Of a stretch of 64,000 nt of DNA, positions 56,855-64,000 are shown one piece after another. The position numbers and the translations under genes are program-made. The stretch's first letter is position 1, and each line of letters begins with the position of its first letter. This stretch comes from Octopus vulgaris (Eukaryota), in assembly GCA_951406725.2 (NCBI GenBank), contig OX597820.1, positions 51,026,001 through 51,090,000 on the forward strand, read 5' to 3'. The notes under the pieces were generated by a model. That model saw only the letters and a program-made list of their open reading frames with translations. It had not been told where the DNA came from and searched no databases.

Positions 56855-57300
56855 CACACAAACATGTAGTCGAGTACTACAACAATGTCGTAAATATGTA
56901 TTTTCACTGTTTCTCTGAAAAGCATATGCAGCAAAACTCAAGTTAAACCAGATGACAAATAATGCTCAACAGTATCATATATCAATTTCAACACATGTCA
57001 TCTCATTTGTTATTCCTGCCACCGCTAAATCATTTCATCTACAGACCATGTCTACATACGATAGAGCATTGAGAAACTATAAATATGAAGTGAAGGTTCT
57101 ATAAAGAAACTTTCTGCGTAAGGTTACACAATGTTTATCATTCACAAAATATACAAAATATTCGGTAGCCTATAAAAGAAGGTCAGAATTTCATATTCTG
57201 AATAATACAGTCTTGTTCAACTGACCGTACTTTTTGTATTTTTTTATTCACATGACGAAGTAGTCGTGAGCAGACATATATAATTTCTCTGCACTCTCAC
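56855..57300 (-). pseudogene. Putative decayed IL-17-like paralog (5' end abuts a SINE)
   Basis: ECREI (cf. ECRSI); NDKHC; MVCR*N...EMTCVEI; terminal VVVLDYMFV (TAC and TTT are each one change from Cys). Confidence 0.35.
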
Positions 57301-57359
57301 ACTTCAAATGTAGAACATTCAAGATGTAACAGCTAGACGGAACACGGGTTGCACGAACT

Positions 57360-57962
57360 CTCATTTACTTTTTACTAGATTTAGGTATTACGCTGCGGTC
57401 ATGCTAGAGCAATGTATTGAAGAATTTTACTGGAACAAATCGCCCCCAACAATGGTATAGTCTTTAATCCTGTACTCCTTCCATCAATAACATTTAATGG
57501 ATTTCTAATTTACGGAGAATTAAACACAGCAGCTCCGGTTGTGAGGCTGTGCTTCAGGACACGAACCACAAAGACACACACTCAAAGACATATGTGTGTC
57601 TTAATTTATGTACATATTTGTATGTATATACATAGATGTGGTTGTGTGGCAAGAAGCTTGCTTTCCTACCATATAGTTCCGGGTTCAGTTCCACTGAGTG
57701 ATGCCTTGTCAGTGGTTTTGTTACACGGAAACTGAAAGAAGTCCGTCGTATATGTGTGTGTGTGAGTGCGCGCATGTGTGTGCATGTGCACGCACGTGTG
57801 TGTTTGTCCCTTGGCCTGTATTTGGCAACCGATGGCCGTTGGAATAAGTGCAAGGATTACAAAGAATAAATCCTGCGGTCGATTTCTTAGACTAAAAATC
57901 CGGTGAAGGTGGTGTTCCAGCTTGGCCGCAATCAAATGACTATAACAGCTAAAGAATAAAAA
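57360..57962. mobile_element. Two diverged SINE family 1 pieces in opposite orientation
   Basis: 57360-57590 is a minus-strand 3' half. 57635-57962 is a plus-strand copy (tgtggttgtgtggcaagaagcttgc...gggttcagttccactg). Confidence 0.65.
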
Positions 57963-57991
57963 TATATACATATATGATTATCACGGGCTTC

Positions 57992-58769
57992 GGGTCTTTG
58001 CGGTTATGGCCAATGCAAATAATAATCTTTAAAGAAATTTTTAACGTATCATATAGATGTAATTTTTGATGCTGAATCCGAACTTGTTATACATTTATTC
58101 GAGAATAGTTTTGCGAAAATGTTACACGTGTTCAAAGTTTGATCATTTTCAGGACTTTCAACCAATGAGAAAACAGCGCGTTCACTGCATTTTCCATCAT
58201 CTTTCACAGTAACGACAAAATGAGGGCGGCGGCATGTCAAAACATTAAACTAGCTACAGTAGACAGTGAACAACGCTAAAATATTTGGGAGCAAATAAAG
58301 TATTTAAAAGCTACGAGCAAACCTACATGAGTTGCTAGATATAACAGTCAAAAACATTGCTTAAAGCAGACATTTATTAGTTTAAAAAAAATCATGAACG
58401 AAAGTTTGCAATACACTATCGAATTCCTACTGTTGTGAAAACAAACAACTATACAACATGTGGTGGTTACACTCCCTCCGCGCGTGCGCACCATCCTTGA
58501 TTACTATGGAAACAGTTCTTGACAATCAGCTATAGAAAATGTGGTGCTTATTTGCTTAGAGAATTTCATGGTGATGTGTGAAATGTTCGCCTCTGATTGG
58601 CTAAAATACCCAAATTTTGCAATTGTTTAAAGGCTATTAACTTGTTTATAAGGAGTTTATACCAAAAATGAATTTCCTTTTCATAATTAGTATACAAAAA
58701 TTAATCCATAAATAAAATTTTTAAAAAGTTGGAACAAAATTGTTGACAGTAACGAAAACCACAAAGATC
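57992..58769. mobile_element. Non-autonomous DNA transposon with 9-bp TSD, inserted into a SINE
   Basis: ACGGGCTTC at 57983-57991 and 58770-58778. Imperfect TIRs ggtctttgcggttatgg versus reverse complement gatctttgtggttttcg match at 13/17. The SINE sequence resumes at 58770-58885. Confidence 0.7.
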
Positions 58770-59597
58770 ACGGGCTTCTTTAAGTCTCTATTTATGAAAT
58801 CTATTCACAATTAGTTGAACGGCTCAACGCTCTAATAAAAACTCTTAGTCAAGATGTTTGGAAAGCAATCTTCTCACCACACAACTGTGTAGATTGCAAC
58901 AAACTAAAAGGAACTGGGTTCCTCAAAGACAAATGACTTCACTCGACGTACTAACCACAATGTTACACGCCTGTCTGGTTAATGCTAATATTTGAAATAC
59001 GAGTGCCGTGTGTAGAATTAGACCGTTCAAGCAACGAAAATAGATAAGGAAATTTAGAAATTTAGAAAATAATCATTTTCGAAAACATATTCTTTCATTA
59101 ATTGATGACGTGATTCATGAAGCATCGGTGAAGTATCAATTCATAGATTCTTATATGCTTTTCCTTGCAAATTATATTGTGTTTATTAAAATGATATAAT
59201 TACCATAAACTCGATGAATGTGTGGAAAAAATATCGAGCAAACATGCAGCGATTCAAAAATAACTTATAGTTCCAATTAACGAATAAATACAGTTGAAAT
59301 CGAAAGGATGGCCTGATACTTTTGTGTGAGTCGATGAATAGTTCGGTAATTTTGACTAAACAAAGCAAAGAAATTATTATAAATTGATGTGTCGTTAAAA
59401 GAGGGATATCTCTCGCGTGGTTTCTCCTAGAATGTCCTTCCAATCCCTGCAATTGAATGTAGTTTCCCGACTGACATTAATGAATGTAATTCACAACAAT
59501 TTCGTCCCTTCAGATTCTTTTTGAAACGCATTGATATAAGGCTGTTCTATTACTAATTATTTTTTGTCACAAGAACATACACCCTCAATGCTATCAC

Positions 59598-59599
<2 letters not shown>

Positions 59600-59665
<66 letters not shown>
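59600..59665. repeat. (ACT)n microsatellite followed by degenerate (ACC)n
   Basis: Perfect act run, which is the source of the poly-T/poly-P ORF. Confidence 0.95.
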
Positions 59666-62314
59666 GCAATTACCTCCATCGTCAACTACGCCGATGTAGA
59701 AAATACTATCACCGACTACCACTATTACCACGGCAATCACCACCATAGATGGCCGTCTTCCCCACCACCAATGCTGCCAACATACAACCAGGGTTCACCA
59801 CCGCCACCACCACCAAACATGACCACTATGGCACCAACCACACGAACTACACCAACATCTGGAGAGCTACTGCTCTGCTAACTCAAATAACGGACTATCC
59901 AAAATGGCATACATATTTCTTTGATTATATTGTTCTGAAAATAGTCTTTTGCACTCGAAGTCTAAAGGTTTTTCGAACTGCGAAGTTTTCCTTATTTTTC
60001 ATTTCATTCACAAAGATTAGAAAGTGATTTTAATCAAAGTTCTATTAATGGTTATACAAACTGACGCAATGAATATTAATTTTCAAAACAAAAATATATT
60101 TTACTGTTATTCTTTTCTCTCGCCGTATGTGTGTTTGAAGTATTCATTTACTGATCTCTTGAAACCAGGCTTGGAAAGAGTATTCATTAGGCAACACTTA
60201 CCTAATCTCTTTCTTCTTATCTCTTTACTTTGTCTCTCTCTATTATTCTCTCTCCATATATGCGATGTAAAGTACTGCTAGAGAAATCAACAAGACCAAG
60301 TGTGTGCATGTGTTTTTGTCTGCTTATGTATGCATGTACGTATGTGTCTGTGTGTGCTGACACGAAGCAGGTCATTATCTTGGCTTCTCCGTACTTTAAC
60401 TTTCACTCAACTCGAAGCAGTAGTAGATTACATTTGTACGGTATGCTAATTTACGCAATTTAGGTGAAGACAAAATGGTGGGGAAACTTAGTTCTAACGC
60501 AATAAACTAATTATTCAAAGACATTAGGGCAGGACTACGTAAGTCAATATATAATTCTGCTAGGCAGAATACACGTCCGCTGCTCAGTTCATGTTTAATT
60601 TCTTTCTGTCATTTATTTATTTATTTTGTATCAGTCATTGAAGTATTTCACTGCGCTCACATCACACCAATATTTGTAAAAGATAACACTATTGACCGTA
60701 TATAATAAATCAATGACGGAAATGCAATAAATTAAACATATATATATGTGTGTGTGTGTGTGTGTGTATTGGTAAGTAAATTAATGCATAATTCATAATT
60801 CACCTACTGATTAATAATTCGTCGCAATCTCGCTCTTCTGAGATAAACGTTTCGCTTCTTTTTTGTTACCGGGTAATGATTAATTACATATTTATGATTA
60901 AAAGCCGTAATTATTAACAACATCAACAAAAACAATTAGCGATATATTTCATTAATTAGTTCTTTCGCTTACGCTCACATGTCATTCATTAAGAATGCTA
61001 TTACGTTTCCTGTTGTGTTTATATTTTCACTTTCTTTAATTAATATCTGGGAGTAAATAAACATTTCTATTCGAAAAAAAAAAAAGAAGCTACAAATGTT
61101 ATAAACGAAACAAAATGCTTTTAAAGCCTACGTGAAAAACCAAATAAAGAAATATTTTCTAGAAATAACTTTTGATGCAAGAATAAGTAAATTAAATATT
61201 TTTTTAATTTTAATTAATACTTCTTTTTCTGTATATTTTTATTCATTTAAACATACGTTGTCAAATGTAGCATATATATAATATAGTGAAATGTGTAACA
61301 CCGGATGTAAAGAAAGGTCAACTCCATTACGATTGGGTCGATACGAAGAGTAATCTTTCATCGTCGTTCTCAAAGCCTTCACTCTCTATTTCTCGTTTTC
61401 TCTCTCACTCTGTCTATCTATCTTTATCCCTGTCTCATTTTATTTTTCTCCCTCTCTTGCGCTTATATACATAAACACATAGATATATATGCATACACAC
61501 ATTTATAAAGGTAATTGGAATGTTTTAATTCCTTTGCATATAAAGATATATCTTACATTTCACTGACAACGTTTTTACTAATGAGTCTACGAGACAAATA
61601 ATATTATATAGCAATTAATTGCGTATAAGAACATATTTAGTCACTCCGGAAACCACTTGACATGAGACACGTAATTTTATATTGTCGTATTTCTAAAGTT
61701 TATCGTTTCATGCTTAATCCCAAAGGTCGAGAAGTTTCATTCCGTGAGTTGCATGAAATGTAAAAATATTTCAATTTATAATGTTGAACTGGACAGATTT
61801 TTACTATCTATTCTATTAAACTGCGAACCACACATTCTTGTGCGCAAAAACAAAAAAAAAGGAACTACAATGTCTTGGAAAATGGTTATTGGTTGTTAAC
61901 GATAAAGCGAGAGAGAAAGAGATTGAAACGAACGCGGTTTGTTCGTTCACTCACATATATACATTCACTTATAAGTGTGTTGTGGCAATACGCTCATACT
62001 CAAAAGCAGATTACAAGTGGCAGCGTGTATGAGAGAACGTGGGAGTATATGTATATGTACACCATTAGATTTTCTATGTGACTCCGTGCCAGTAGCGTTT
62101 GTTTGACTTTCATTCTCCCTGACTTAATATCTGACGATTTAACGCATTGGTGTTAATCCTATTTATGAGTATTAAGATTTAACATCCATATATTTCTTCT
62201 GTGATCAATAAATGCATTCCAAAATTTTGGATTTGGTTAGCAAGATTCTTGGTGTGAATACGTTTCTTGAAACAATTATTCTTGTGTGTAAGGACCTTAA
62301 TTTTGTCTTATGTT

Positions 62315-62612
62315 TTACTTGTTTCAATCATTAGACTGTAGCTATGCTGCAGCATTGTCGAATGAATCGATCCTAATATTATTCTTTTAATGGTAGTACT
62401 TATTTTATCAGCCAGTTTGGCGAACCGCTAAGTTACGTGAACGTAAACGTCCTAAAACCGGTAAGTGATGCTGGTAGAAGGATCCAACACAGACACAAAA
62501 ATACACACTGAAAGACACACAGACGCACACACAAACAAACAAACAAACAAACAAACAAACGCATATAAGATGGGGTTCTTTCAGTTTCCTTCTAGCAAAT
62601 TCACTCACAACG
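62315..62612 (-). mobile_element. Diverged SINE family 1 copy
   Basis: ttttacttgtttcaatcatt...cgaaccgctaagttacg...ttctttcagtttcc...cactcacaa. Confidence 0.65.
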
Positions 62613-62920
62613 GGGAAGTGTATACATATAAAAATTAAAGTAAACACACGCACTGATTCAGTGCTACTTCTATATTTTATAATTTAAATATTCAGTCAAT
62701 ACATATTGAACAATGAACACACGTCATTGATAAGGTCACAAGTAGTGACAAAATGATTCTGACAGTGAAAACTACAGAAAAGAATTGAATAAGTAGTTGG
62801 TGAACTGTAGCTATTGAACAAGTGTGTGTATGTTTATTTTAATTTTGATGCCATAATAACCCTCACTAGAAGCAACAAAATGTATTACGAAAATTATTCG
62901 TTAAATGTATTTAACGGAAT

Positions 62921-63168
62921 TACGGAGATGTACTTGCATAGCGAGTGACTTGATCTGAGATCGTGTGCTGGAGCGAAAACAATTGCCGCGTGGAAGGTGT
63001 TTATAAGCCTTTTAAGAAACACACAAAACCGTTAGATTCACTTCAACATTTAAATTTAATTTGTCGAAGTATTTTCGTCGCTTTGACAGATTAAATTTAA
63101 ATGTTGAAGTGAATTTAACGGTTTTGTGTGTTTCTTAAATGGCTTATAAATACCTTTCACGCTTCAAA
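62921..63168. mobile_element. 248-bp insertion with internal fold-back of about 80-bp arms and 13-bp TSD
   Basis: TATTTAACGGAAT at 62908-62920 and 63169-63181. The arms at about 62986-63065 and 63084-63162 are reverse complements. Confidence 0.8.
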
Positions 63169-63490
63169 TATTTAACGGAATATTCTACAAATAAAACATC
63201 CTGGATACTGATATCATAATATCAAGTTCTACATAAATGATTTTCTAGCTGAAATATTAGCTTACTGAATGATTATTTTAAACCGGACAATGATCACAGA
63301 GCACAGCAGGGATAATTCAAACGGTGGTAGCAGAGATGATATAGGCAAAAATGAGCAAAGAAAATGCAATGTGAATTAGAAATAAGACAGAAGGGTCAGG
63401 AACGAAAAGAAATACTCGACGTGAAAGAAAGAAATTAAATTAAATTTTAAAAAAACGCATGCGTGTGTGTTTGTGCGTGTGTATGCGTGT

Positions 63491-63880
63491 TTAAATCAAC
63501 ATGTAGTAGCATGTTAAGTTTTGTAAGTTCTTACAATAATTCTGTTGTGAGTTAACTAGACCTCTATCATTAGCTGAAACGCATTCTACGTAGCAAAATC
63601 CTGCAGTTTCATAAGTAGAGTGGACGAGGACCGCATATTTCAATGCATGCTTTCCTAGCATTGTCGTGTGTAAATGGCATCCAGGTTGGTTAGAACACAA
63701 CACTACTTTATTTCACAATCCTTAAATGACCCTTATAATTATTGGTATATTTCATATTCCAGTTGTACATGAGCTGCATTCAACACTGTTGATATTTGCC
63801 TTTCAATAATAGACACCAATCTCTGACTGAAAGGCAAGGCATTGCCAAGTCTGATCCTGACAAAAGGTTAATTCCATTAC
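63491..63880 (-). pseudogene. Possible decayed IL-17-like paralog, 3' end running into a microsatellite
   Basis: NSVECS (cf. GLECR, SAECK, GVECI); FCYVECVS...SQQNYCKNL (cf. SQRQFCILI at 55.17 kb). Confidence 0.25.
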
Positions 63881-64000
63881 GCACATCAGGGCTTAAATTT
63901 TCAAAACAGGAAAAAGGCCGAATCTTATAGTGCTCTTACAAGAAGAGCCATACAATATATATTGTAGGTTAACAATGCTGATATGTTTGTGCATCTACGT

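Noticed and set aside
59564-59881. Mucin-like Thr/Pro-rich ORF
   Set aside because: It derives from (ACT)n and degenerate (ACC)n microsatellites and has a non-ATG start.

Overview
AT-rich, microsatellite-saturated animal DNA. The repeat content looks cephalopod (octopus-like), which is my inference from recognised repeat types. I find no intact protein-coding gene, and most ORFs in the track are translated microsatellites. Transposon debris dominates: an RTE-type LINE with a Cys/His finger, several R4/Dong-type restriction-like-endonuclease LINEs associated with (AAT)n, mariner and Tc1 relics, tRNA-derived SINE families, MITEs, Helitron ends and Penelope-like fold-backs carrying hammerhead-ribozyme motifs. 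The main unexpected signal is in the unique DNA between repeats. About 18 segments of 200-700 bp, all on the minus strand, translate across stops and frameshifts into the ordered motifs of IL-17-like cystine-knot proteins: signal peptide, 'EC', 'R-S-x-C-P-W', 'D-P-x-R-F', C-x-C-x-x-C, C-x-x-V/I and a terminal C-x-C. The window therefore appears to be a co-oriented field of decayed IL-17-like paralogs. This was read by eye and needs a frameshift-aware HMM search.
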